A DNA stretch of 56,640 nt, taken from an archaeon. Its GTDB lineage: Archaea; SpSt-1190; DYHY01. Position 1 is the stretch's first letter; every line of letters starts with the position of its first letter. This document shows positions 35,653-44,952 of the stretch, in pieces. The notes below the pieces were generated by a model. It was not told the origin of the DNA. It saw nothing but the letters and a program-made list of their open reading frames with translations, and ran no database searches. The position numbers and the translations under genes are program-made. The stretch lies in the NCBI GenBank assembly GCA_043803745.1, contig JAZDJS010000036.1, forward strand, positions 1 to 56,640, read 5' to 3'.

Positions 35653-36459
35653 ATGAGCGTAGGACTATACTGCAAATTCAGCGGAGGGGTTGTTGTTGTC
35701 AGCGACGGGTTCGAGTACAACCCGAAGACCTGGGAGAAGAGGACCGATTCGACAAAGTTCTTCATCTTCAAGAAGCCGTTCGGACAGGGCGTCCTGATAT
35801 GCACGGGGAACCCGGAGCTTTCCAAACGCGCGCTTGCGGAGGCGGACTCCGTCGAGGAGATGACCCTCCTTGATTTCGCAAAGGGCTGCGCGGATTTCCT
35901 CAGGAAGGAAGCCGACCGGGTCACTAGCCACCCGAGGGAAACCGAGAAAATGCTCGAGCAGACCCCGATGCTCATTGCCGGCTATGACAGGACAACGGAA
36001 TCGTTCCCGTCCCACCAGATTTCCCGCGGCTACCACACCGAGCTCAAGGGAGCTGATTTCTTCTCAATCGGGATTGGCGCCAACTATGCCTTTTCCGGGA
36101 AGCTGAAGAAGCAGCCGGAATCCCTTGAGGAAGCAATACAGAGCGCGCTCCTCGCATATGCGAACTCCCTGAAAATCCGGGGAGTTGAAGGCTATCCGAG
36201 GATGCAGATTGTCGGAACTGACGAGGTGACAACGCTTGACGCGCCGACATGCACGTTCCTGGGGAACCTTGCGGTGCTGGACCTCCTCACAGGAAGCAAC
36301 TTCCTGAAGACGGAAGTAGAGATAATGCCCGCATCCGAGAAGCAGGTTTCTCCGGCAGTCGTTGAGAAGCTCAAGGAAATCGGGATGAGCCCGTCAATAC
36401 TCTTCAAGACCCAGATGACGGTAAGCACCTGGCAGGAGATTCTGGGACCGAAGGCCTGA
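35653..36459 (+). CDS. Divergent proteasome-beta-like (Ntn-hydrolase fold) protein
   Basis: M-SVGLYCKFSGGVVVVSD start, MLIAGYD, FFSIGIGANYA and SLEEAIQSAL parallel the beta-subunit motifs. Confidence 0.6.
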   Translation: MSVGLYCKFSGGVVVVSDGFEYNPKTWEKRTDSTKFFIFKKPFGQGVLICTGNPELSKRALAEADSVEEMTLLDFAKGCADFLRKEADRVTSHPRETEKMLEQTPMLIAGYDRTTESFPSHQISRGYHTELKGADFFSIGIGANYAFSGKLKKQPESLEEAIQSALLAYANSLKIRGVEGYPRMQIVGTDEVTTLDAPTCTFLGNLAVLDLLTGSNFLKTEVEIMPASEKQVSPAVVEKLKEIGMSPSILFKTQMTVSTWQEILGPKA

Positions 36460-36523
36460 ACCGACTTTCCAAAGCCACGGCGTCCGAAGGAATTATAAGC
36501 AGGTCAAAAATCAAGCGGCCACT

Positions 36524-37273
36524 ATGGAAGGGATAACTTCCCCGGAGCTTGCGAAATATTTCGGGGATGAATACAGATTCCTGCTTTTCAAGGCTTCCGC
36601 GGATTTCCCCGAGTTCGGAAGGCAAGGCGGGCTTGCGCACCCCCTTTCGGGGGAGCAGTTCGAGGCGACTTTTTATCCAATCGCATCCGCCCTTTCCCCC
36701 CTTAGCCTAGTTCCGGCAAAGACCTTTTCAGATTTGTGGGCTCTCTCGGAATTCGCTCCGTTCCTGAACGGTTCAGCCCAGGCAGCATTTGCAAAGGTTG
36801 CTTCGGAAGCGTTCCTCTCGGGGATTTCCGGATTCTCCCAGGAAGACGTTTCGGAAATCCAGGCGAGGGTCCTTGCGGCGGAATCAATGTATTCTTCAAT
36901 AGAGGATGCCCGCGCCCTTTTTGCCGGAAAATATTGCGAGGAGGGCGCTGGAGGCGCCGACGCCCTGGCCGCATTTTCAGATGCATATGACGCCCTGATT
37001 TTCGAGATTCCCAATTACATTCTTCCTGCTTCCGCCCCGAAGCCGCTTCCGGCGGCCGAGGACTTCAATTTGACAGTCAGGGGGCTTGTTGATTTCTCCG
37101 GGGAAAGCTTTCACTTCCCTTTCACCGGGGAGAAGATAGTCGAGACAATAAGGGATTTGGAAGAGGCAAAAACAAGCGTCTACGAACAGCTAATTGTCCT
37201 TGGCGGGGATGTCTGCTCGGCAGCTTTTCAGGCTGCGAAAATCTACTACCAGGTCAAGGGCGCGGGTTGCTAG
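36524..37273 (+). CDS. Hypothetical helical protein (possible distant paralog of the 40232-42572 trio)
   Basis: 249-aa ORF with TTATAA upstream. Confidence 0.75.
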   Translation: MEGITSPELAKYFGDEYRFLLFKASADFPEFGRQGGLAHPLSGEQFEATFYPIASALSPLSLVPAKTFSDLWALSEFAPFLNGSAQAAFAKVASEAFLSGISGFSQEDVSEIQARVLAAESMYSSIEDARALFAGKYCEEGAGGADALAAFSDAYDALIFEIPNYILPASAPKPLPAAEDFNLTVRGLVDFSGESFHFPFTGEKIVETIRDLEEAKTSVYEQLIVLGGDVCSAAFQAAKIYYQVKGAGC

Positions 37274-37581
37274 TCCAAATCAGAATTCCGAGTAACCTGG
37301 TGCTGCCTGGAAATCCCGAGCAGGAACAGGAGCGCAAAGACAAGATATGCCGCCTCCGGTTCATATGTCAGGATAGCCTCGGTGCCCGGAAGCTTCCAGG
37401 CTTCCAGAAGGGTGAATGCCTGCGCAATTGCGAAAACAACTGCAGCCGCAATCAGGAACCGCCAGGAAACCTCAGTGTTCTCGTTCTTCACCCTGATTAG
37501 CATCAAGACCGCTATTACCGCCGAAGCAAGCCCGAGCGCAAGGCTTGCCCCCTGTAGAACCGCTTCAACTGAAATCGCCAT
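37270..37581 (-). CDS. Small integral membrane protein (about 3 TM helices)
   Basis: ATG 37581; 103 aa, almost entirely hydrophobic helices. Confidence 0.75.
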   Translation of the reverse strand: MAISVEAVLQGASLALGLASAVIAVLMLIRVKNENTEVSWRFLIAAAVVFAIAQAFTLLEAWKLPGTEAILTYEPEAAYLVFALLFLLGISRQHQVTRNSDLD

Positions 37582-37636
37582 GTTCCCCCTGCGGTACCAA
37601 TTCTTTTTATATTTCACTCTATTTCGTAACACCAAC

Positions 37637-40201
37637 GTGGAAGAAACTGGCAATAATCCTGAAGAAGCTCTCAAAGACGCTTTTATTGTCCTTTCCAAGG
37701 CAAGGCAATCCGCAATGGAGGAGCTTTCCCTTGCCCAGCGGGTCCGGGAAGCCCTTGAGCAGAAGGTTTCCGAGGCAAAGGCGCGCGCCGAAAGCGCAAC
37801 CCGCGCAAAGGAATATCTTGAGCGCTCCTTTTCCGATTTGGAGGCGAAAATCGGGGAGCGGAAGGACGACTTTTCCCGCCTCTCGACGCTTTCGGAATCA
37901 CTTGCAAGCAACCTGCAGAAGGTGGTTGCCTACCTGGAACGCCTGCATTCCGAGGTCGACGGCGCCCGGAACGACTATTCCCGGAAGAGGGGAGAGGTCG
38001 AGGATCTGAAAAAGGAGGTTGAGGGGCTTTCCGCGCGCATCGCCGTTGTGCAGGATGCAATCGGGACTTCCTCGGGGGAATTCGGCGAGAAAGTCGCATT
38101 CTTCCAGGCTGAAAGTGCGAAAATCTCTGAAGCGCTCCGGAACTTCCAGGCGAAAATGGAGTCGGCAAGGCTGGCTTCCTCGGAAATAGAAAAGGCAGCT
38201 CAGACGGTTGAATCAATCGCAAGCCAGAGGAAAGCAGAAATCTCCGAAATCGTCAATTCATTCAATTCCGAATCCAGGTCGATGAGGGAGCTTGCGGAAA
38301 AGGTCTTCTCCCAGGTCGACCAGGCGAAGCATTCCCTTTCGGAGAACTCCGTTGAAACCGCAAAAATCAAGGATTTCGTTGACAGGACTGCCCCGGAAAT
38401 CCAGGACAGGCTTTCCAAGGTGGAGCTCCTGCGGGAGCAGATTGAAGCGAAGAGAAGCGCGCTCAGCGAAATGGTTTCATCAGGGGACCTCGCCCTTTCA
38501 AAGGCGGATTCAAAAATCGCGGAAATCTCCCGCCAGAAGGACTCCCTTTTCTCCGAGTTCGACAAGCTGCGCCTCGTCGTTGAGGAGCGGCTTTCCGAGG
38601 CTGCCAAGCACAAGGCGAAGGTGGACACGCTCTCCTCTGCAATCTCCCGGATACCCGAGTTCGAGAAGACATATGCGGGGATTGAGGGGAAGATTTCCGA
38701 AGCCGAGGAGAAGCTCGTCGAGTTCAAGCGGACCGAATCAGCGCTTTCGGTAAAGTTCTCGGAGGCCAGCGGGCTTCTTTCCTCCCTCGAGGGGCGGCTT
38801 GCCTCATCGGATGACAAGGTTTCAAAAATGAAGAACGCAGCCCTCCAGGTCGAGTCCGAGGTTTCCCTTGCAAGGCAATCCCTCGAGGGCGCGACAACTT
38901 CGCTATTCTCCCTCAAAAGCTCAATTGACAGCTTTTCCGAAAGATTCTCCTCCTTGAAGAAAGCCCAGGAGGGGATTGACTCCGAATTCTCCCGCCTTGC
39001 GCTCGACCTCTCGGAAAAGCGCGCGGCATACCAGAAAATGGCAAGCGAGCTTTCCCGCTCCTTTGACGAGGATTCGAAACGGAAAGTCGACCTTGTCCAG
39101 GAGTATGAGCGGAAGCTTTCGGCAATAACCGATGCAATTGAACGGGCTGTCCGGAAGGGGAGCGAGCTCCAGGGGGATTCCGAAGCGCTTGTTTCCGAGC
39201 TCACGTCCCAGGCTGAGAAAATGCGGCTTGCCTCCCGGGAGTCCGAAAAGGCGCGGAGCGATCTCGTTTCTTTCGGCGCGGAAGTCACCCAGAAAACGGC
39301 CGAAATTTCCCGGAAAGTGGACGCCCTTTCAGCAAGGGAGCCGGAAATAAAGCTCAAGATATCGACGTTCGCCAACCTCGACGAAGCGGTTTCCGAAAGG
39401 GTTGCTGCCGCGAAGAAAAGGGATTCCGAAATACAGGAGCTTGAGCGGAAGGTCCATTCGGTCTCCGAAAGAACAGAGGCGACCCTGAAGAAGGTTTCCG
39501 AAAACCTCAGTTCATCCGATTCCGCAAAAAGCGCCCTTGCCGAAGAAACAGAATCCGCACGGGATGCCGTAAAGGAAGCGAAGGAAAAGCGCGAGGAGCT
39601 TGAGGCGCTTTCCGGAAAGGTTTCCGAGGTTCTTGAGAAGGAGGACGAGATTTCCCGGATTGACGAGAAGATTTCCGGAAAGCTCGCGGAAATAGAGGAC
39701 AAGCTTGCAAAAATCTCCGCAGTTGAGACAATACTCGAGAGAAAAGTTTCGGAGGTCGATGCCCTGAAGAAGATATTCGATGAGAAGCTGAACTTTTCGC
39801 CGTCGGGAATGAGGGGCGCGCCAGTGCAGTCAGTACAGAGGGACTCCCCGAGGGACCCCCCGAGGGACTCCCAGAGGGACCCCCAGAGGAGCCCCACACA
39901 CGCCGAAGCCCTTTCAGACAGGTCAGGAGAGCTTCTTGCCCAGGTCCAGGATCTTGAGGGGCTGAAGAAGGAACGGAAGGAGCTTTCTGAACTCCTCCTC
40001 CTGCTTTCCGCCCAGCGGGAAGAGGGGCTTGTTTCGGACGGCCATTTCGAGGAAATCTCAACCCAAACACGGGCAAGGCTCCGGGAAATAGAGCGGAAGA
40101 TAACCGAAACCCTTGAGCTTGAAGGGCATCTTGAGCGGCATGAGGAGGAGATAGGAAAAATAAAGTCCCTCCTGAAGAAGCAGAAGGCTTACTATCGGTA
40201 G
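37637..40201 (+). CDS. Long coiled-coil protein (about 854 aa)
   Basis: Continuous E/K/S/A/L heptad-rich sequence with no Walker motifs; GTG start 37637 below TTTATAT (about 37606-37612), shared with the divergent gene. Confidence 0.85.
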   Translation: MEETGNNPEEALKDAFIVLSKARQSAMEELSLAQRVREALEQKVSEAKARAESATRAKEYLERSFSDLEAKIGERKDDFSRLSTLSESLASNLQKVVAYLERLHSEVDGARNDYSRKRGEVEDLKKEVEGLSARIAVVQDAIGTSSGEFGEKVAFFQAESAKISEALRNFQAKMESARLASSEIEKAAQTVESIASQRKAEISEIVNSFNSESRSMRELAEKVFSQVDQAKHSLSENSVETAKIKDFVDRTAPEIQDRLSKVELLREQIEAKRSALSEMVSSGDLALSKADSKIAEISRQKDSLFSEFDKLRLVVEERLSEAAKHKAKVDTLSSAISRIPEFEKTYAGIEGKISEAEEKLVEFKRTESALSVKFSEASGLLSSLEGRLASSDDKVSKMKNAALQVESEVSLARQSLEGATTSLFSLKSSIDSFSERFSSLKKAQEGIDSEFSRLALDLSEKRAAYQKMASELSRSFDEDSKRKVDLVQEYERKLSAITDAIERAVRKGSELQGDSEALVSELTSQAEKMRLASRESEKARSDLVSFGAEVTQKTAEISRKVDALSAREPEIKLKISTFANLDEAVSERVAAAKKRDSEIQELERKVHSVSERTEATLKKVSENLSSSDSAKSALAEETESARDAVKEAKEKREELEALSGKVSEVLEKEDEISRIDEKISGKLAEIEDKLAKISAVETILERKVSEVDALKKIFDEKLNFSPSGMRGAPVQSVQRDSPRDPPRDSQRDPQRSPTHAEALSDRSGELLAQVQDLEGLKKERKELSELLLLLSAQREEGLVSDGHFEEISTQTRARLREIERKITETLELEGHLERHEEEIGKIKSLLKKQKAYYR

Positions 40202-40231
40202 ATTTTTAAGCGGAATATTAACTATTCTCAA

Positions 40232-40996
40232 GTGGATTCCCGAAAATACACCGAACTTGAAGAGCTATTCGAAGAATTGCGGGACGCGGACATCCTGCAA
40301 ACGGTCTACAACGTGAGAGCTTCCAGCAACGATCAGGGCGGCCTGCCGCAAGCAATTGCTGCATTCAAGGAAGAGCTTGCGGAACTTCCCGCGCCAAATC
40401 CCTTTGGAATTCTTGCGTATGCGGTTTCCGGGATTTCACCGGAAATTCCAGCCTGTCAGTTTTTCCAGGAAATCGTTGTCTTGGACTATCTTGCGGGAGA
40501 ATTGGACGCGATAAAGTCGGGAGAGACAGGCCAGACCGGCTTCACTGAAGAGGAGCTCGAAGGGCTTTATGCGCTTTTCATTGAGAATGGAGTGGCCCTA
40601 GAGCGCTTAAGGGAGCTTGGCTCAGATCCGTCAACCCCTTCTGGCGCTTACACTTCCTGCTTTTCCAATCGTCTCGATTCCTTGCATTCGGAAATCTTGG
40701 GCGCATATGCATTTCCCGAGCAGCAGGATATTTACCTTGCAGCGGCAGGGAAAAGCGCCGAGCAAATTTTCGGATATGTCCAAGAGATCGAAGGTCGCGT
40801 GGACGCGAGCGCACCCAAGTTGAACATCCTTCGGGAATTGGCCGAAAAAACAGTTTCCGATCTGGCTGGAAAAACCGGACTTGCCTGGCGGGCTCTCCAA
40901 AAGGCTGCCGGGAAAATAGGAACCGCGGAAATCCTTTCCGCATATGACGCGCTTGCGCAGCTCGGATATTTCGAAAAGGAGGCTGCCGCGATTTAG
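40232..40996 (+). CDS. Hypothetical helical protein, paralog A
   Basis: MDSRKYTELEELF..., LDYLAGE, GFTEEELEGLY, LSAYDALA. Confidence 0.8.
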   Translation: MDSRKYTELEELFEELRDADILQTVYNVRASSNDQGGLPQAIAAFKEELAELPAPNPFGILAYAVSGISPEIPACQFFQEIVVLDYLAGELDAIKSGETGQTGFTEEELEGLYALFIENGVALERLRELGSDPSTPSGAYTSCFSNRLDSLHSEILGAYAFPEQQDIYLAAAGKSAEQIFGYVQEIEGRVDASAPKLNILRELAEKTVSDLAGKTGLAWRALQKAAGKIGTAEILSAYDALAQLGYFEKEAAAI

Positions 40997-41000
40997 AAAA

Positions 41001-41765
41001 ATGGATTCCAAGAGATACCAAGAACTGGAAAACTTTTTCGGGAGAGCCAGGGACGACTATCTCTTCCTGATGCAGGGGGTTTTCGAGGAGTTCCCAGAAG
41101 AGAAAATCCAGGCGATTTCCGAAACGCGCCTCCGCCTTGAAATCGCTCCGGAAATAAGCGTCCCGACTGCCCTTGCGGCGGGAGTTCTCGGTTCCGTAGG
41201 GACAATTGACGCTGCAGAGGCTTTCAAGCAAGCCCTTCTTTTCGATTTCCTTGCAGGGGAGACTGAGGCTGCAAGAGAGGGCAAGAGCTCATTGAGTTCC
41301 GGGATAACTGAAGAGGAGTTCGACGGGCTTTACGCAATCTATCCCGAGAACTATTCCCTGATGAACCCGAACACCGTTGCAAAGCCGAACCCCGAAAGCC
41401 CGATTGGCGCGTGCCTTGTCTGCTTCTTCCAAACCCTTGACACTATCAGGCAGGCGGTTTTTAACTCAACGCTCTACCCTGCCGAAGTTTCCCAAACATA
41501 CAATTACCTTGCCGAGAGGACACGCCCGCTGGCCCTTGAGCTTGCGGGGGAGGTTGTTTCAGCCGCAAGGAAGGAGAACGCCGGCGCGCTCTACGGATTC
41601 AGGGAAACTGCCGAGAAATTCATCGGGAACCTCATTGATGGCGCGGAACCCGCCCTCCGCGCGCTTGGCAAAGCTGCCGCAGTTTCCGGAGAAGCATCCC
41701 TTCTTGACGCCTATGATGCGTTTGCTCCCCAATATCTTGCGCCAGCCAAAGGGGAGGTTCTCTAG
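41001..41765 (+). CDS. Hypothetical helical protein, paralog B
   Basis: MDSKRYQELENFF..., FDFLAGE, GITEEEFDGLY, LDAYDAFA; ATG 41001. Confidence 0.8.
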   Translation: MDSKRYQELENFFGRARDDYLFLMQGVFEEFPEEKIQAISETRLRLEIAPEISVPTALAAGVLGSVGTIDAAEAFKQALLFDFLAGETEAAREGKSSLSSGITEEEFDGLYAIYPENYSLMNPNTVAKPNPESPIGACLVCFFQTLDTIRQAVFNSTLYPAEVSQTYNYLAERTRPLALELAGEVVSAARKENAGALYGFRETAEKFIGNLIDGAEPALRALGKAAAVSGEASLLDAYDAFAPQYLAPAKGEVL

Positions 41766-41771
41766 CCGGAA

Positions 41772-42572
41772 ATGGGCACCCCTTCTGAAACGGATTACAA
41801 AGAACTCCTCGGGAAATTCGAACAGCTGAGGACCTGCACCCTTTCCGAGGATAGAGATTATTTCGCGCATCTTTCTCTCCCGGAAACAATGAACGCGATC
41901 AATTTCATAGAAGCTCAGCTTGGGAAGCCGAACGCCTCCCTGAAAATTGCCCCATTCGAACGAGTCTTTTCCATCAGCAACGTCCGAATCTCCCCAAGGA
42001 CAAGATTCGAGGAACTGTATCTCTGGGACCGTCTCTGCTGCGATGCCGAAGCAAGGCTTCATGCCGGCAGCCCTCCGACAACCGCCCTTTCCGCCGAGGA
42101 ATATTCGGCGCTCGTCCCTCTACTTGTCAAGGATGCCCAGATTCCGCTTGTCGCGCGGCAGGTTTTGAAGAGTGCCCCGGAAACCGAAGGTGCCCTCAAC
42201 GCATATGCGATTTCCTTCCACGACCTTTGCAATTTCTTCGTTCTTTCAACAGTGCTGGGAGAATGCAGCGAAAGCGATGCGGTGAGGGAAGCATACGGGA
42301 AATCCGCCATGGCAGCGGTCGGAGCAGTTGGAAAAGCCGCAGCCTTTCTTGAGGATGAGGGCTGCGAACGCGGTCATGCCTATCTTGCCTGCTTCGGCAG
42401 GCGGGCGGAAAGTTTCTGCAGCGAACTGCCCGCAAATGTCAGGGCAGCCATCCCCATCTTCAGCGGGCTCGTCTCCACGACAAATCTCGCAGACCTAAAG
42501 GCGGCATATGCGGGATATTCCCGCGAGCTTATGCAGAATTTCCTGAAGGGTCCTGCACAGGGAAACAGATAA
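41772..42572 (+). CDS. Hypothetical helical protein, paralog C
   Basis: DYKELLGKFEQLR, LWDRLCCD, LSAEEYSAL, LKAAYAGY. Confidence 0.78.
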   Translation: MGTPSETDYKELLGKFEQLRTCTLSEDRDYFAHLSLPETMNAINFIEAQLGKPNASLKIAPFERVFSISNVRISPRTRFEELYLWDRLCCDAEARLHAGSPPTTALSAEEYSALVPLLVKDAQIPLVARQVLKSAPETEGALNAYAISFHDLCNFFVLSTVLGECSESDAVREAYGKSAMAAVGAVGKAAAFLEDEGCERGHAYLACFGRRAESFCSELPANVRAAIPIFSGLVSTTNLADLKAAYAGYSRELMQNFLKGPAQGNR

Positions 42573-42597
42573 ATCCCCGGAACGCGCCTCCCTCGCC

Positions 42598-44952
42598 GTG
42601 GCTGAGCAAAACCCCCCGGCGCCATTTTTCATAATCCCCCCGGTCAGGATCTGCGACTTCCCGGACGTGCGCCTGCTTGCGCCATTCGTTGCCGCCGACT
42701 TCTTCTCCCGGATTTTCGGCGGGCAGGCCGTTTGCGCGACAATCTCGGACTGTCCCGAGGCAACTGCCGCGTTCAATTCAATCAGGGAGGCGCGCTTCCC
42801 CGTCCGCGAGAAATTCTCAAAAGAGGCCCTTCCGGACGATTTGCCCCTGATTGATTCAATGGAAAAATTTTCCAAGTATTTCCTTGGTAAGCTTGAGGAC
42901 GCGCTCACCCAGCTTTCGGCTTCCTCCTGCTCGCGCGTCAGTTCCGAAAGCCCCCTCGGGAAATCGGTTGCCGAGTATTTCCTCAGGGAAACTCGCCTGG
43001 CCGGGATTTCCGCCGAGGGGAAACCTTTCCAGCCATTCTGTCCGGAGTGCGAGGTCTTCCTCCCGTCCTTCGGAAAAATCTCCCGGAAGTTTTTCGCCCT
43101 TTTCCAGACCGGAGAATTCCATCTGGCAGTCGGTTTGGAAAAGCCGGAGGAGCTCTTTTCAGCATCCGCAATTTCAGTTGACCCGGAAAGCTTCCTTGAA
43201 ATTTCAGGCAAAATTCTCTCCGCGAAAGGGGACTTTCCAGGAAGCTTTTCGAGGAGTCCCGCCGCAGATTTCGTCGGGGCATCAGCCAAAAACCCCCTCA
43301 CCGAAGAGTTCGTCCCGATCCTTCCGGGGGAAAAACTGGGGATAGTCTCCCCGGGAACCCGGGAAAGCGACCTAAAGTTCCTGAAAAACTTCCCGGAGGA
43401 AACCGCGAGCAAGTGGGACCTTTCCCGGAAAAAGCTTGAGGAAATCCAGGTAAAATTCCCGGTGCGCGCAGGTCTCTTCACCGAAGCTTGCGGTTCCTTT
43501 TTCGGCTTTCCGGTCGAGGACGGGCGGCGGGCAATCCTTGCGGAGATTTCCAAACGGGGCGCGCTATTGGAGGTTCCTAAGGCCTCCGGAAAATGCTTTT
43601 GTGGGTGCGCGCTAGTCCCGAGGGAAACTACCGGGGACTTTTTCCTCCCGAGCAATTCAAGAATTCAGGAGAAACCCCAGGCATACCTTGGAAGGGAAAA
43701 TGCGCATTTCACGTTCCAGGCAATAGCCTCTGAAAGACTCTCCACCCAAATCCTTCCGCTCTTCTCCGGATTCCCCGAGGCGAAAAACCCGGAAGCATAC
43801 AGCTATCTTTTGGGGAACGAGAAAAACTTCAATCTTGTCTGGAAAGGGTCCGGCTATTCCCGCGAGGAGCTTCTTTCAGCCGGAAAAATTGTTTCGGACC
43901 GCTTCAGCCATGCAACGCTTGTCTGCCGGAGCTTCCGGGAAGCCCAGGAATTCTTCCTTGCCTCGCTAGCCTTCGAGCCGCTCGGAAGGATTCCCGACAT
44001 TTTTCAAATAAGCTCCCGGGCGGGATCGGGGCCCGCACCGGGGCCCGCACTCGCCTTTTCGGCAGCCCTGAGAAGCGGCCTTGCCGAGGAAATCCGGCTT
44101 GCGATACTCACCGGCAACCTTAATCCGGATGAGAAAGCCCTTCTCAGGCTGAAGAGGACAATCTCGAAATTCAAGCTTGAAGCGCTCCGGATCTCAAGCC
44201 TTCCGGAAGCTGCTACTGAGCGCAGACGCGGAGTCCTCTCCGCGGCATATTCCCGGAGGAAAGTCGATTTTCTTTCGGCAGCCGGGAGGCGCAGCATTCC
44301 CGAGGCAGTTTCCCAGGCGTTCCTCTTCCTTTCGGATTTCCGGGAGTTCGCGCGGTCCAACGGACAGAAATCCGAAGGGCTGGAAGTTTTCCGGAGTTTT
44401 GCGAAGGAAATCCTTGCGCCCCTGCTTCCAAAAACCTCCGAGGAAATACTCTCGAACCTCCGGGATATTGTCATAACTTCTCCCGAGCCCGATTCAATCG
44501 GGCCAAGCGAGGAAAAGCCGGAACAACTCGAGAAAATCCTCCTTTCCCGTGAAATCGTCGAAACGCTCCTTTCCGACTCAAGGAAGCTCGTTGAGCTTGC
44601 GGGAAAACCGAAGGAAATGAAGATTTACCTTGCCGAGGAGTGGAAATACCGGCTTTTCAGGAACATTTTCGAGTTCGGGGTGAAGCCCGGTCCAAACGAT
44701 CCGATTTTCCAAAGACTAGGAGTCAGCTTGCGGCCCGAAGAGCTTGAAAAATTCCTGCTTACCTTGAGGAAAACTCGATTTGACCGGGAGTTCCTTTCCC
44801 TTGACGAGGAGGCGCGCGCGATTTCAGGCGCAATTTCCCTCATTTCAGCGGAAACCGGGGTGAAAACAGTCCAGGTTCTTGTCAACCGGGAAATCCCATT
44901 CGAGAAAATGCTCCGAGCACGCCCGGGCAAGCCGGCAATCTTTTTTGACTGA
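42598..44952 (+). CDS. Degenerate leucyl-tRNA synthetase-like protein (no recognisable HIGH or KMSKS)
   Basis: Collinear remnants of archaeal LeuRS: FCPEC, KPEELF....VDPE, G.SAKNPLT.E.VPILP, CFCG, PEAYSYLLG, LAPLLPKTSEEI, KIYLAEEWK, ARPGKPAIFF. Confidence 0.75.
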   Translation: MAEQNPPAPFFIIPPVRICDFPDVRLLAPFVAADFFSRIFGGQAVCATISDCPEATAAFNSIREARFPVREKFSKEALPDDLPLIDSMEKFSKYFLGKLEDALTQLSASSCSRVSSESPLGKSVAEYFLRETRLAGISAEGKPFQPFCPECEVFLPSFGKISRKFFALFQTGEFHLAVGLEKPEELFSASAISVDPESFLEISGKILSAKGDFPGSFSRSPAADFVGASAKNPLTEEFVPILPGEKLGIVSPGTRESDLKFLKNFPEETASKWDLSRKKLEEIQVKFPVRAGLFTEACGSFFGFPVEDGRRAILAEISKRGALLEVPKASGKCFCGCALVPRETTGDFFLPSNSRIQEKPQAYLGRENAHFTFQAIASERLSTQILPLFSGFPEAKNPEAYSYLLGNEKNFNLVWKGSGYSREELLSAGKIVSDRFSHATLVCRSFREAQEFFLASLAFEPLGRIPDIFQISSRAGSGPAPGPALAFSAALRSGLAEEIRLAILTGNLNPDEKALLRLKRTISKFKLEALRISSLPEAATERRRGVLSAAYSRRKVDFLSAAGRRSIPEAVSQAFLFLSDFREFARSNGQKSEGLEVFRSFAKEILAPLLPKTSEEILSNLRDIVITSPEPDSIGPSEEKPEQLEKILLSREIVETLLSDSRKLVELAGKPKEMKIYLAEEWKYRLFRNIFEFGVKPGPNDPIFQRLGVSLRPEELEKFLLTLRKTRFDREFLSLDEEARAISGAISLISAETGVKTVQVLVNREIPFEKMLRARPGKPAIFFD

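Noticed and set aside
37382-37636. Upstream extension of the coiled-coil ORF, and the extension of the membrane ORF to 37911
   Set aside because: The extensions overlap the divergent gene; a TATA-containing gap at 37582-37636 supports starts at 37637 and 37581.
38200-39897. 565-aa minus-strand ORF
   Set aside because: Ser/Phe-rich antisense shadow of the Glu/Lys-rich coiled-coil gene.
42495-43655. 386-aa minus-strand ORF
   Set aside because: Antisense shadow of the LeuRS-like gene with no motifs.
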